Assembly (NCBI GenBank): GCA_944320495.1
Contig: CALUHR010000008.1
Span: 42,249 to 106,248, forward strand
Reading direction: 5' to 3'
From: Candidatus Methanomethylophilaceae archaeon
Lineage (GTDB): Archaea; Thermoplasmatota; Thermoplasmata; Methanomassiliicoccales; Methanomethylophilaceae
Length of the DNA stretch: 64,000 nucleotides
Shown: positions 20,965 to 32,737 of the stretch, piece after piece
Position numbering within the stretch: the stretch's first letter is position 1
How the letters are laid out: each line of letters begins with the position of its first letter
Made by a program: the position numbers and the translations under genes
The notes under the pieces: model-generated
What the model was told of the DNA's origin: nothing
Database searches by the model: none
Seen by the model: the letters and a program-made list of their open reading frames with translations, nothing else

Positions 20965-22053
20965 TCGGAATCCGAACAGAGCCTTCGCATTGTCGACATG
21001 CTCCTCCGCATCGAGATGGAACGGACACCTCGAGGTGCACCTGCCACAGTGCAGACAGTCGGAAGCGTGCTTCGACAGAGCCCTGTAGTGCTCCCAGGCC
21101 ATCTCGTCGCCAACGGCGAACAAGTCGCTGAACTTGTTGACCTTCCCGATGTCGATGCCTGCGGGGCACGGGAGGCAGTGGTTACAGTAGACGCACTGGT
21201 CCTACATGTCCGCCGCCGTCAGGCCGCCGATGAACGAGTAGTCCCTCTCCTCCCTAGAAGCGTCTAGGTACGAGAGCATAGCCTCGAGCTGTCCGACTGA
21301 GCCTATTCCCGGGACCACGGACACTGCCCCGGGGCGGTCCAGCGCGTACTGAATGCACTGCGCCGGGGTCATCGCCCTCCCGAACGGGGAGGTCTCGGCA
21401 TCCATCAAGATGCCTCCCCCATAGGGCTTCATCACGACTATCCCGATCCCCCTGCGCTCGCAGTCGCGGTAGAGCTCCAGCCTCTCGGGGTCCATCACGA
21501 GGCCGTTGTCCCCGGCCACGAAGTCATAGGTGGGATTGAGGCTGAGCATGAAGTCGTCGACAACCGTTTCCTCGATGAAGCGCCTGCATATCTCTGGGGT
21601 GTGAGACGTGAACCCGATGTTGTCCACGCGCCCCTCGTCCTTCCATTCGACCAGCATGTCGTACAGCCCATCGGACATGATGCGCTCGTAGTCCTGGGCC
21701 TCGTCGACGCAGTGGAAGAGCAGCAGGTCGGCGTGATCGAGACCGTACTTCCTCAGCTCGGTCTCGAAGGACTCGCGGCACTCCTCGGGGTCCCTCGTGG
21801 CCGCGTACTGACCTCCTGGGTAGTGTACGCCGGTCTGCAGCTGGAACACCATCCCGTCTCCGTGCTCCCTGACGGCCTCCCTGATGGCGGGAGCGCAGGG
21901 GTCGTCATACATGGAGGTCTCCATGAAGTTGACGCCTGCGTCCATAGCCTTCGATACGATGGTGTGGACATCGTCACCCGCATCCCTGAGGAAGCCAGAT
22001 CCAAGACCCAGTGCGCTGATCCTTTTACCGCTACGAAGTCTCCTGTACTCCAT
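20965..22053 (-). CDS. Aldo/keto reductase with 4Fe-4S domain; in-frame TAG at 21202-21204 (putative Pyl)
   Basis: Paralog of 15882-16985; the frame continues past TAG as DQCVYCNHCLPCP...CLHCGRCTSRCP, ending GF-CGA-TGA. Confidence 0.88.
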
Positions 22054-22166
22054 GGGAACACCTACTAGTGACTGCATGTCAGCTATCTCCCGTATAATTA
22101 CTATGTGGTCACGCTCACGAGAAGACGACATCGATATAACCGCACATAGCGTCCACCTCATCAGAC

Positions 22167-23366
22167 ATGGGGCAGGACATGTGGTGGCTGATGCACGGCG
22201 ACATATCCGTCGCCTCGGTTCACATCGACAGATACGGTCATCTGACATCATTGGGAGAGATATTCGATGAAGATCATCTGCCAGTCGGTGTGAAGACCGG
22301 TGACAGGGAGCACACCCTCGAAGGACTCGATCGCTGGTGGTCGAAGCGCGCGATACCCATCTCAAGACCCGGCGTGTCAGCCATGTTGGAATCCATGGGG
22401 ATCGCATCCACGGAATCGCTTCAGATGATGTCCAAGGGACTGGGCCTCTCGGACTCCTATTGGATCCGTCCGGAAGGATCGGACCTGTCATGGTCGGACG
22501 TGAACTTCCACGATAACGATTTCTCCGAGGAGGTCGGCAACGCCCTGTTCAACCATGGCACGACCGACGTCCTGAACTTCGACTCCCCGGACTCCTCCTC
22601 GGACGGCAACCTCAGGAAGAGATGGGTGATCGAGGATGGGGTGAGGATCCTGATGAAAGGCGGGAGCGGCCAGATGCAGGAACCGTTCAATGAGGTCCTT
22701 GCATCAGAGATCATGCGTCGCCTGGACGTACGGCACGTCGACTACAATCTGAGATGGGTTGATGGCGAGCCGTTCTCCGTCTGTCCAGCGTTCACCGACA
22801 GCCGCACCGAGCTCGTGCCTGCCTGGTCCGTGCTCGCGACGTGCAAGAGAGAAGATGGGGAGACGCTTTACGACTTCACGAGACGCTGCTTCGAGTGCTG
22901 CGGACTGAAGGACCCCACCGCTTCCCTTGAGAGGATGATTGCCGTTGATTTCCTGATAGCGAATGAGGACAGGCACCTCGGGAACTTCGGTCTGCTCCGC
23001 GACCCCGAGACTCTGAAAACCAAGGGGTTCGCCCCGCTGTACGACAACGGGGCCTCGCTGGGGCATCGCGTGATCACGCTCTGGATAGAGGAGGGTTACG
23101 ACCTGATCTGCCGGCCGTTCAAGGTCACCCACGGAGAACAGATCCATCTGGTCAGGGACCTCGGATGGTTCGACCCCGACAGGCTGGAGGGCATGGACGA
23201 CTTCGCCAAGGATCTGTTCGATGGGTCAAAAGGGTTCGTGGACGAGCGCAGGAACAAGGCGATCATCGGATTCCTACAGAGAAGGATCGACAAGCTCGCC
23301 CAGTACGCCGAGAGTCCGGACTTCCGGGACGACCGGCACCTGGACCTGAGAGTGGTAAGCGGCTGA
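22167..23366 (+). CDS. HipA-like kinase (HipA_C domain), copy 1
   Basis: SSDGNLRKRW, LMKGG, EPFNEVLASEI, IANEDRHLGNFG, APLYDNG. Confidence 0.85.
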   Translation: MGQDMWWLMHGDISVASVHIDRYGHLTSLGEIFDEDHLPVGVKTGDREHTLEGLDRWWSKRAIPISRPGVSAMLESMGIASTESLQMMSKGLGLSDSYWIRPEGSDLSWSDVNFHDNDFSEEVGNALFNHGTTDVLNFDSPDSSSDGNLRKRWVIEDGVRILMKGGSGQMQEPFNEVLASEIMRRLDVRHVDYNLRWVDGEPFSVCPAFTDSRTELVPAWSVLATCKREDGETLYDFTRRCFECCGLKDPTASLERMIAVDFLIANEDRHLGNFGLLRDPETLKTKGFAPLYDNGASLGHRVITLWIEEGYDLICRPFKVTHGEQIHLVRDLGWFDPDRLEGMDDFAKDLFDGSKGFVDERRNKAIIGFLQRRIDKLAQYAESPDFRDDRHLDLRVVSG

Positions 23367-23818
23367 TGGTCGAGGCTATTCGGCGATCTCGTCCTGGACT
23401 CGTCTGTCTTCCTGTGACCCTGTCTCTTCGACTTCATATTACCCGCGGATGGCCTAGCTGACCAACTTCTCACGGAGAACCGTTTGTTCCCTTCCTCATC
23501 CGTAGCCGTGTGGGCCTCAACACAGGACATACGGTCACCGTGCCTGGGGCACTCTGTCTCGGGGCAGTCGCAGTTCAGTTGAGCTCCTGAGCCATGCGAG
23601 ATGGGATGGAGCATCAGGATAGACCTGTTTCCCGGACGGCGTATCTCGTCTTTCGTGTGCCGACACCTGCTGTACGGACTCCTGAACAGAGTTGATATTG
23701 TTATCATACAATGCTTAATGACAATTTTTGATTAATAAATTGGATTAAGATATCACATAAATTAATAATGTATGGTGATTGAGAAGATAGGATAAACCCT
23801 CGCGACATACGGTCATCC

Positions 23819-24988
23819 GTGTCGGAGGGACGTTTTCAGCTCATGCAAGGGGACCACCGGGTCGCAGAGGTGTGCATCTCCGACAACGGCATTATGACGG
23901 AGCTACGTGAGATGTTCGATCCGGAGAGGATGCCCTGGGGGACCATTGGCACCGACCCCGGCGATACCATCAGAAGGCTCGGAGAATGGTGGGGATATCG
24001 CTGCATCCCGAGGAAGAGGAACATCCAGGACGCACTGGGTCGCCTCGGATTCAGCTCGAGCGAGGCGCTCATGACCGCTGGCCTGGCGGTCAACATGACG
24101 GACCGCTACTGGATCCGCCCGAACGGGAGCGGCCTGTCGTGGGACGATGTCAGCCCCCACACCAACGACTTCTCCGAGACGCTGGGCAGGACGCTGCTCG
24201 GTAAGGGGGACGGGTTCGAACCGTCTCCGGACTGCGCCACCGACGGGATGGTCCCGAAGATGTGGACATCGGAACGTCGCCTGCTCAAAGGCGGGACGAC
24301 CCGCTGCAGGCAGCAGCCGTACAACGAGGTCCTGGCCTCGGAGGTCATGAGACGCCTCGACGTGGAGCACGTCGATTACGATCTGAGGCGCATCGACGGG
24401 AAGGTTGTCAGCTCGTGCCCGTGCATCACCTCAGAAGGGGTGGAGATGATACAGGCCAGATGTCTGATGATGACCCGCCCGATGGACAGGTCTAAATCCA
24501 TCTACCACCACCTCATGGAGAGATGCGGGAGCATAGGCCTCGTGGACCCGAAGGACTTCGTAGACAGGATGCTCGTCGTCGATCACATCATGGCGAACAA
24601 CGACCGGCACTACAACAACTTCTCCATCCTCAGGGACCCGGAGTCGCTAGAGGTCCTCGGCTTCGCCCCCATATACGACACGGGCTCGTCCCTGGGCTAC
24701 GACCTCCGGGTCGGGGACATCTCTGGATCGGAGACGAGGGGCAGGACGTTCAAGGCACGTCTCGACGACCAGTTGCTGCTCCTCGGGGACACGGACTGGA
24801 TCGATCTGGACGCTCTCGAGGGGATCGACTCCTTCGCCCGTCGTCTGATGGGAGGCTCGGAAACGGTCTCGCCCGAGAGGGTGGAAGCGGTCGTAGAGCT
24901 CCTGCTGTCCCGTATCGAGTCGCTGAGGGACCGCATCGAGAATCCACGCGGATTCCGCGACGAGCCGTCCGAGGACATACCGGTCCGA
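23819..24988 (+). CDS. HipA-like kinase, copy 2
   Basis: DGMVPKMW, LLKGG, PYNEVLASEV, MANNDRHYNNF, APIYDTG; ends EDIPV-CGA. Standard end 25123 reads into AT-rich DNA. Confidence 0.85.
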
Positions 24989-26394
24989 TCGTCGTGTTGT
25001 CAGCAAATGTCGTCAATAATTCTCACTGCGAACTTGGAGAGCACCAGCTTACGTTCCTGCATGCGAATATCTTGTCTCAGATGTGTAGCTAATATAATTT
25101 ATCTGATAGCTATTCTTGATTAATTAATTTTAAACTATTCCCATTCATCTCTGAATACAGCGAAAACATTGTTTCAAAGGCGCAGAGACTCGATTCAACG
25201 ATGAGACGTATTCAACCGATCATGGGATTATCAGCATCCATCGGGCAACGGGATGATGTCTTTGTCATGCGGATGGTGGCCCTTGCATTAGGGCGGACAG
25301 TGGAGCCGTCAGTCCAGGTTCATCGATTGTTCAACCGTGTTGATGAAATCGACTCTACACTCATGTTCGATCCATGGCCGTCTCCAGTCGATTAGGAGGG
25401 GTGTGGAATCCAACTCGGGAATCATCAATCCTTCTGATGGAAAGAGACCCCATGCATTGCAAGATGTCCGACCTACAGTGATCAACCGGCAGATCATATC
25501 AGAGCAGATGGAACCAGACCGATGTATCCGGATCTAGATCGGATCGGACGACGTCAGAAAGGCAGAGGAGCCACTTCTACCTCACAGCAATGAGCTGATG
25601 CACTCGGACATCGACTCTGTTCCGCATGCACGTGGGATGTCTGCGGCGCTCATTCTTGCTGTCTACATGAAACCTGATATCGGAGCCTCTCGAAGACGAT
25701 ACCGAAGACTCGATGCATTGTATCGATACAAATCAAGTGTATTAAGATATCAACTTAATTAATTACAAATAGCAAACAAAATGCAGAAACCTGGTGCAAA
25801 ATTTAATTAATTGAGGTAGAAAAAGAGGAAGATATCGGGGTCGATCGGAGCGGCTTCGAAACCCCTCGAAATCGCACGAAAACCCCACCCTTTTCGGTGA
25901 TTTTCCGGGATCCCAAGTACACATTCGGGAGGCCGTCGTGGACACGAAGGTGCCCAAAAACCGATGATTTTTCCAAATCGGATCCATAAATGAAGATTTT
26001 CTGCCTATGTGCAGAAAATGACCCTGAAATGTGCGATTTGCACTAGATTTTTGAGAAATTCTTCATATTCGAGAATAAATGATGAAATAACGATATTTGC
26101 TTTATTTTATTAGTACCTGTGAATCCTATTGGGTTCCTTCCGGGTACAATGCAACGATACTCGAAAAATGACGTTTTCAAATGATAAATGGAGAATTCAT
26201 TAAAATCTGAGATTAATAAATGTAATAAATGCTCTAGCTTTATTTTATAAGCATTCTGTATGGATTCAAAGAACGAATGCAAAGATGTGAGATTAATCAA
26301 TGAAGTAAAGTTATCTACTTTACTAATATCGATAAAATAAGAAATGAGGGTTTTAGGGCGGAACTGCCGCGTAGAGACGATTCCGCCCATGGAA
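24989..26394. other. About 1.4 kb apparently non-coding, partly AT-rich region
   Basis: No credible ORF; TTAATTAA at 25120, 25755 and 25803. Confidence 0.6.
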
Positions 26395-27585
26395 TCAGAG
26401 TTCGTCGCGCAGGTACATCATCATCCCCTGCAGGGAGTTGAGCACCTGGGAGTATCCGTATTCGAGCTGAGCCTCCTCGGGCGTCAGGGAGCCGACGTAC
26501 TCGTCCTGATGCCGGGGATCCCTGGATTCGCTGAGGACGGTGATGATCCTGCGGAATCCGTCGAGGACGCTGTCGTGGTCCTGGAAATCGATGGAGAGGA
26601 TCGCATCGCACACCGAGATGTCGGTCTTGAGGAAATCGACGATGTCGTCGCACACCTCGAGCGGTATGTCCCCGTTGACCGCCGAGTCGAGGAACAGATC
26701 GATCTTGGAGTCCTTCATGTCGCGGACGCGCTGTATGATGTCGACCTTCTCCCTGCTGAGGAAGGCGCCCTGCGCATTGCCCTGCGTTTCGACGGCGGCT
26801 TCGTCGGCGGGGGCCTCTTCGGGCTCGGGTTCGGAAGCGGGGATCTCGGATTCGGTCCCTTCGACCTCTGCGACAGGTGGTTCCTGCTCGACCGGTTCCG
26901 GTTCGGCAGAGGGAGCCTCCGGCTCGGTGACCTCCTCCTCGACAGGGGCCTGCGCCTCCTGGACGGGTTCGGCGCTGTATGCCGACTCTAGGACGGAGAG
27001 CTTCTGCTCGGCGAGCATGAGGTCGGTCTTCAGGGAGGCGATGGTCGCGCGTAGACTCCCGTTCTCTTCGGAGAGACGGTCGCGTTCCGCCTCGGCCTCG
27101 GACAGCTGGTCCCTGGCGGTCTGGGCGTCACCCCTGGCGAATTCGAGCTCGGACGACATCTCATCCACGCGGGCCCTGCAGGACTTGAGTTCATCCATCA
27201 CGGATGCGAGGGCATCGCTGTCATCGTGAGCGTTGAGCGATTCGGCGGCCTGCCTGATGATCTCGCGGACGCTGCCGAGCAGCTCGTCGTCGAATCCCTC
27301 CACGGTCGGTTCCGATTTGAGCGCATTGAACGCATCCTCGTCGGCCCTCTCCGACGAGGAGAGCCTCGACAGGTATTCCGGGGAATCAAGGGGATCCAGC
27401 TCGATGGCGGTTTCGCCCTCGGTGTCCAGGAGGGTATCGCAGGCATCGATGTCGTCCCCCAATGAGACGATGATATCGATGTACGTGTCGACGTTGGAGC
27501 TGTCGATCTTCGCCATCGAGGCGAAGACCATGATCTCGTTCAGCTTACGGTCCCTTACCCTGGTGATCAGGTTTGCATCCCACAT
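26395..27585 (-). CDS. Acidic coiled-coil hypothetical protein
   Basis: ATG 27585 (MWDANLITRV) lies downstream of a CGA cluster; central heptad region and Glu/Pro-rich linker. Confidence 0.7.
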   Translation of the reverse strand: MWDANLITRVRDRKLNEIMVFASMAKIDSSNVDTYIDIIVSLGDDIDACDTLLDTEGETAIELDPLDSPEYLSRLSSSERADEDAFNALKSEPTVEGFDDELLGSVREIIRQAAESLNAHDDSDALASVMDELKSCRARVDEMSSELEFARGDAQTARDQLSEAEAERDRLSEENGSLRATIASLKTDLMLAEQKLSVLESAYSAEPVQEAQAPVEEEVTEPEAPSAEPEPVEQEPPVAEVEGTESEIPASEPEPEEAPADEAAVETQGNAQGAFLSREKVDIIQRVRDMKDSKIDLFLDSAVNGDIPLEVCDDIVDFLKTDISVCDAILSIDFQDHDSVLDGFRRIITVLSESRDPRHQDEYVGSLTPEEAQLEYGYSQVLNSLQGMMMYLRDEL

Positions 27586-27645
27586 GAGGCACGAATCGTG
27601 TCGATGTGATATAGAGTTGCGGATGCGTATTCGCTTGAATCGGAT

Positions 27646-28419
27646 TCGAGGCGAGAGGCTGCGGTCGGAGGAGAGCGGATAATCTGAATTGAATGCGCAT
27701 CTGGCGTACATGGCGGCCACATATCTGGGCATCTCCCTGCGGAAGGCCGTGAGCGCATCGGATTCCTTCATGTCCAGGACGTCGCCGAACATGGAATCGA
27801 ATCCCTCCTCGGACACCGTGCCCAACGAGATGCAGACCTTCGAGATCTCGGAACTCTCGACGTTGCCGAGGGAAGCGATGCGAAGCAGCACGGAGCACTC
27901 TCTCCTGGTGACGGAGATGTAATCGGTAATCCCCTCCAGTATCTCCGGGTCCTGTCCAGAGCAGCGTTCGGACGCGCGGTCCATGAGGTCCATGACACGG
28001 CGGAACACCAGGGAGTCGCTGTCTGTGAGAGAGCATTCCGGCCTCCCATCGCGGAAGATGTCCAACGCCATCATGAGCAGCGGGGTCTGGCCGGTGAGCT
28101 CCTGTATCATCCAGACGAAATGACCCTCGTCCTCCATGTCCTCCCTGTCCAGCCTGTCGAGATAGGAGGAGAACATCTCCGTCGGCATGGGAGGGCATCC
28201 CTCGGTCAGGGTGTCCATCATCTCCTCGAACTCTGTCAGGTCGTTGACTCCGATCTTCGCGATGCACCGGGCGTAGTTGATCTGTCCCGCAAGGATCCTG
28301 ACCTTGATCGACCTCTCAGTCTCGCTCAGCGACTGGTCGAACGTTGCGGCGGCTATCTCGCAGCTCTTGCGGACGATGATCCTGCGCAGAATCTGTATGT
28401 CGAGATAGTCGAATAACAT
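27646..28419 (-). CDS. Hypothetical protein
   Basis: 258 codons ending SSDRSLSP-CGA; merged with the downstream gene under the standard code. Confidence 0.65.
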
Positions 28420-28567
28420 GTTCTCTCACTCCTTTGCATCAATTAAATCTTGTAAAGCTATCACATGAATTATTCTATATTTATCATCAAGCAATCTTCT
28501 AATGCAACCTCATCGCGAGATGCGTTAGGGCCCCCATCGGAATCCGCTATATCAAATGGCTGGGGAA

Positions 28568-30277
28568 TCGGTCGATCCGTGGAGGGAACAGGATCTTCAC
28601 GGTGTCCCCGTCGGTGGTTATGCCCTCCGATACCTCTACACGCAGCATCCTACCGTCGGGATGCTGGACTATGTCACCATCCGATAAGTCCTCGTCTGCC
28701 GCCAGGATGTGGTAGAGCAGGTCGTTCATGAACGTCAGGAGCGTATCGGGTCTGTCGCGGCATCCCACCGTCTCTACCTCGAGCTTGCCGAACAAGTGTA
28801 GCCCGCAGGTGTAGGACCTGACCTCACCATCGCGGTGGGACAGCCCCACCCAGACCCAGTCCCCAATCGGAAGGGCGCCGTCCCTGATGGACTCGGCTTC
28901 ACGGACGTAGTCGTCAGCGCTGATGACTGCACCGGGGATGTACACCCCGATGGTGCCGGGCTGCCTGCAAACGGCCGAGACGATCTTGGTGTGCAGGGTG
29001 GCGGCCGCGATGCAGTCGCTGCCGTGATTCACCAGGGCGACCATGATGTGGGCCCTGTGCTGCCCGACCCTGTCGCGGGCATCGGGCCAGCGGTAGTTGT
29101 TGAGGGCGTTCTCCTCCGCCTCCCCGTCGGGGACGGGTCCGGAGGTCTTGCTGATGATGACCAGGTCCCCGTCGCATTCGAACGTGAGGTTGGACCCGTC
29201 CGTGCTGAAACGGCAGCGTATGCCCCATTGGGACACGAGGTCGAACTGTATCCTGTCCGGATCCCACGCGTCCTCCTCCAGTAGGACCATGGCGATGAAC
29301 GGGCCACCCCTGTCGCGTGGGACATCGAGGGACATCCTCTCGTCGAACGATGCTATGACGGGCTCCTGTCCCCCGTACCCGGCGAAGCTCAGGAACGACC
29401 TGAGTCCGCGGTCTACGCTGACGGCATACAGCGGCCTCCCCTCCACCCTCCTGCCGAGAGCGGCGCGGGCGGCGTCCTCCATGTCGGGGATGGCGTCGAT
29501 GATGCGCCTGATGTCCTGCACCGGGATCTTGGACAGGTACGCCTCGTTCATCATGAGGGTCACGAACACCGACCCCCCGGGGAGGTCCATCACGTAGGTG
29601 CAGTATGGATGGTCGGCGATCCAACCGGCGGGGCGGAGGGCTTCCTTGACCTCGCGGAGCCCTTCCGGGTCGACCATAATGCCCTTGACGGCCTCGACGG
29701 CGGTCCGATCCGGGGAATCCTCCCCGGGCTGGCGGGACTCCATCTCCTCGATGGTCCTGCATGCCTCGATGTCACCCATCAGAGCGGTGAAGTCCGGATC
29801 CGCCGGAACGAGATCGAGGCCCCTCCTGGCGGCGGAGAGGGCCTTGGAGCGGTCCCCGTAGTGGCAGTAGAGCCTTCCGAGGGTCAGCCAGTTCCAGGGA
29901 TAGGAGGGTTCCTCGTCGGTACCGCGGAGGAGATACTCCATGGCGAGACGCGGCCTCCCGCAGTACATGAGGGCGTTGGCGTACCTGTAGAACCACACGC
30001 CACAGCCGCGGGCCAGGTCCTCCACGTCGGAGAGCCACTGGAGGGAGGTCCTGAAGTGCTCATAGTCTCCGATGTTGTTGCAGGCGTAGGCGATCATGAG
30101 CGCCACATCAAGGTCATGATGGGCCTGCCTCTCGGTGAACCTGCCCTCCGACACGCCGACTGCTATGATGCGGCCGATGCAGTCGAGCATGCCTTCGAAA
30201 TCTCCGGACGAATCGTCCTCGTAGGACTGTATCTCTCTGAAGTCCTCCGGACGGAGGACTCCTCCGAGATCGTTCAT
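28568..30277 (-). CDS. TPR-like plus DUF4261-like domain protein
   Basis: WFYRYANALMYCG..EEPSYPWNWL TPR-like block; C-terminal ALNNYRWPDA..HRAHIMV..YTCGLHLFG; ends FPPRID-CGA. Standard end TAG 28547. Confidence 0.7.
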
Positions 30278-30385
30278 GGTCTTCCATATCGACGGAAAGG
30301 TAAAAATCCGCTTCGGTTCGTCTACGTTTGAAGGGATGGAAGTCGTGAGCGATTATGTAATTGATGACCTTTGATGCATGGCCGT

Positions 30386-31297
30386 TCGGCCCCGCCTCAC
30401 GTCGATGTCCAGATCGTCCGAGCTCACATAGCCGGCCACGCCAATCTCCATCGCGCGGATGAGGTGCTTCTCGGCCTCCTCGGTCCTGCCCACCTTCATG
30501 AGGGCGCTGGCTAGGTCGTGGTGCAGGGTGACGAGCGCCTCCCTGTCGTAGGCCATGTGGTTCTCCATCATGCTCTCCATGATACCCACCGCCGCGGTGA
30601 GGTCCGCGACGCTGTCCTCGTGCCTTCCAAGGTCGGTCTCGCTGCCGGCCTTCATGACCAGGTCCATGATTAGCGCGTCCGGCTCCTCCAGGACCCCCCT
30701 GGACATTAGGTCCGAGCCGATCGCTATGGCTATCGAGTACTGCTCCACCGAGGCTTCCACGTTGCCGAGGCCGTCCAGGGCCTCCGCGGCGAGGGAGCGC
30801 AGCTCCATGCGCCTGTTGTCCGACCATGGGTCGAAACCGCCTAGGATGTCCAGCCCCTTGCGGATGAAGGGCTCCGAATCCTCCGGATGCTCGGAATCGA
30901 TGAGGTTCTCGGAGACTGAGATGCACATCCTGACGATGCTGCGCAGGTCGTAGTGCCTGGAATCGGGGCCCAGGTCCCCGAGACGCTCGGCCGCGATGTC
31001 GTACTCCTCCACAGGGTCGCCGTCCTGGTCGAAGATCAGGGAGCCCATCGTGACGTGTATCTTCACGAAGGTGCCCGCGTCGACGCGCACGCCATCGGAC
31101 TCGAGATCGGCGGCGAGGTCGGCCGCGCTCTCCAGATCGTCCAGAGCGGACGTGCGGTACTCGAGCATGGCCAGGACGTTTCCGCGGTTGACGTAAGCCT
31201 CCAGGAGGTCCCCGCGGTCTCCGCCGTCCTCCAGGGAGTTGACCCTGTCGTTGAGGTCCTGCAGCGTGTCTTCCAGGTGGGAATCCGTCCTCTCCAT
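30386..31297 (-). CDS. TPR-like helical repeat protein
   Basis: AYVNRGNVLAML, LHHDLASALMKVGRTEEAEKHL; ends DVRRG-CGA. Standard end 30353. Confidence 0.7.
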
Positions 31298-31391
31298 CGG
31301 CCCGCGATTGACTGCGACGGTTAAAACAGTTCGTCAGGGCCGTTCAGTGTGACTGCGCCAAGGTTAGATAGTATCCGTCCATTGCGCGGTC

Positions 31392-32732
31392 ATGAAGCAC
31401 GAAAGGATCCTCGCCGTCCATGACATCTCATGCGTCGGCAGATGCTCGCTGACCGTCGCCCTCCCCATAGTATCCTCCGTAGGGATAGAGTGTTCCGGGC
31501 TCCCCACGGCCGTGCTGTCGACCCATACCGGCGGATTCACCGGGTACACCTACAGGGACCTCACCGAGGACATGGTCCCCATAGACGAGCACTGGAGGAC
31601 CCTGGACATAAAGTTCGACGCGTTCTACACCGGGTTCCTCGGATCCTTCGAGCAGATAGATATCGTCTCCAGGCTGTTTGACGACCTCAGCCACGAGGGC
31701 ACCACCATCTACGTGGATCCCGTCATGGCCGACGGCGGGAAGCTCTACCCCGTCTTCGGACCCGACTTCCCCAAGGGAATGAGGAGGCTTTGCGAGAAGG
31801 CGGACGTCATCATGCCCAACCTGACCGAACTTTGTCTGATGCTCGACGAGGAGTGGATCCCCGGCCCGTACACCCACGAGTACGTGGACTCCATGATCGA
31901 GAAGGCCCGCGGGTTCGGCGTCAGCAAGGTCGTCCTCACCGGGATCAGCTTCGAGGAGGGGCAGGTCGGCGCCGTCTACAGGGACTTCGAGACCTGCGAG
32001 ACCGGATCCGTCATGCGTGCGGAGATCCCCGGATACTACCACGGGACCGGCGACGTCTTCGGATCCGCTCTGGTGGGGGCGTGCGAGTGCGGGCTCCCGC
32101 TCTCCAAGGCCGTGGAGGCAGCGGTGAACCTGACCGTGAGCAGCATCATCCGTACCTATGAGTCCGGGGAGGACGTGAGGTACGGCGTCAACTTCGAGAT
32201 AGGCCTCCGCGACTACATCGCCGAGGTGGATGCCGGCCGTCCGGTGAAGGTCCGTCCCGCAGTGTCCGACTGGGACCTGTCGATAGTCGAGGACATCGCC
32301 AGAGAGGTCTGGACCGAGGCCTACGAGGGCGTGGTGCCCCGCGCACAGACCGACTACATGGTCGAGAAGTTCCAGACGGTTCCCGCCCTCAGGGAGCAGA
32401 TCTCCCGCGGTTACACCTATCTGCTCGTCACCGTCGACGGGACTCCAGCGGGATACTGCGGATACGTCCCCGACGACAGGGGCCTGTTCCTCTCCAAGAT
32501 CTACATCAGGAAGGAGTTCAGGGGAACCGGCCTCTCCTCCCGCCTGTTCGACATCCTCCGCGTCACCGCCAGGACCATGGGCAAGGACCGCGTGCATCTG
32601 ACGGTGAACAGGGACAACGCCCGCGCCATCGCCGTCTACGAGCACGAGGGCTTCTCCGTCTCCGGCACCGCGGACACCGACATCGGCGAGGGCTTCGTGA
32701 TGAACGACTACCTGATGGAGATGAGGGTCTAA
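31392..32732 (+). CDS. pdxK: Pyridoxal/pyridoxamine kinase fused to a C-terminal GNAT domain
   Basis: HDISCVGRCSL, VDPVMADGGKLY, PNLTE, HGTGDVF; then LFLSKIYIRKEFRGTG, LTVNRDN, VYEHEGF. Confidence 0.85.
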   Translation: MKHERILAVHDISCVGRCSLTVALPIVSSVGIECSGLPTAVLSTHTGGFTGYTYRDLTEDMVPIDEHWRTLDIKFDAFYTGFLGSFEQIDIVSRLFDDLSHEGTTIYVDPVMADGGKLYPVFGPDFPKGMRRLCEKADVIMPNLTELCLMLDEEWIPGPYTHEYVDSMIEKARGFGVSKVVLTGISFEEGQVGAVYRDFETCETGSVMRAEIPGYYHGTGDVFGSALVGACECGLPLSKAVEAAVNLTVSSIIRTYESGEDVRYGVNFEIGLRDYIAEVDAGRPVKVRPAVSDWDLSIVEDIAREVWTEAYEGVVPRAQTDYMVEKFQTVPALREQISRGYTYLLVTVDGTPAGYCGYVPDDRGLFLSKIYIRKEFRGTGLSSRLFDILRVTARTMGKDRVHLTVNRDNARAIAVYEHEGFSVSGTADTDIGEGFVMNDYLMEMRV

Positions 32733-32737
32733 GTCCC

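Noticed and set aside
26043-26390. 115-aa ORF in the AT-rich tract
   Set aside because: No recognisable motif, atypical composition, and it ends in TAG; likely a chance ORF.
24989-26394. Calling the AT-rich tract an oriC
   Set aside because: No cdc6/orc1 nearby and no recognisable ORB boxes; kept only as an unexplained region.
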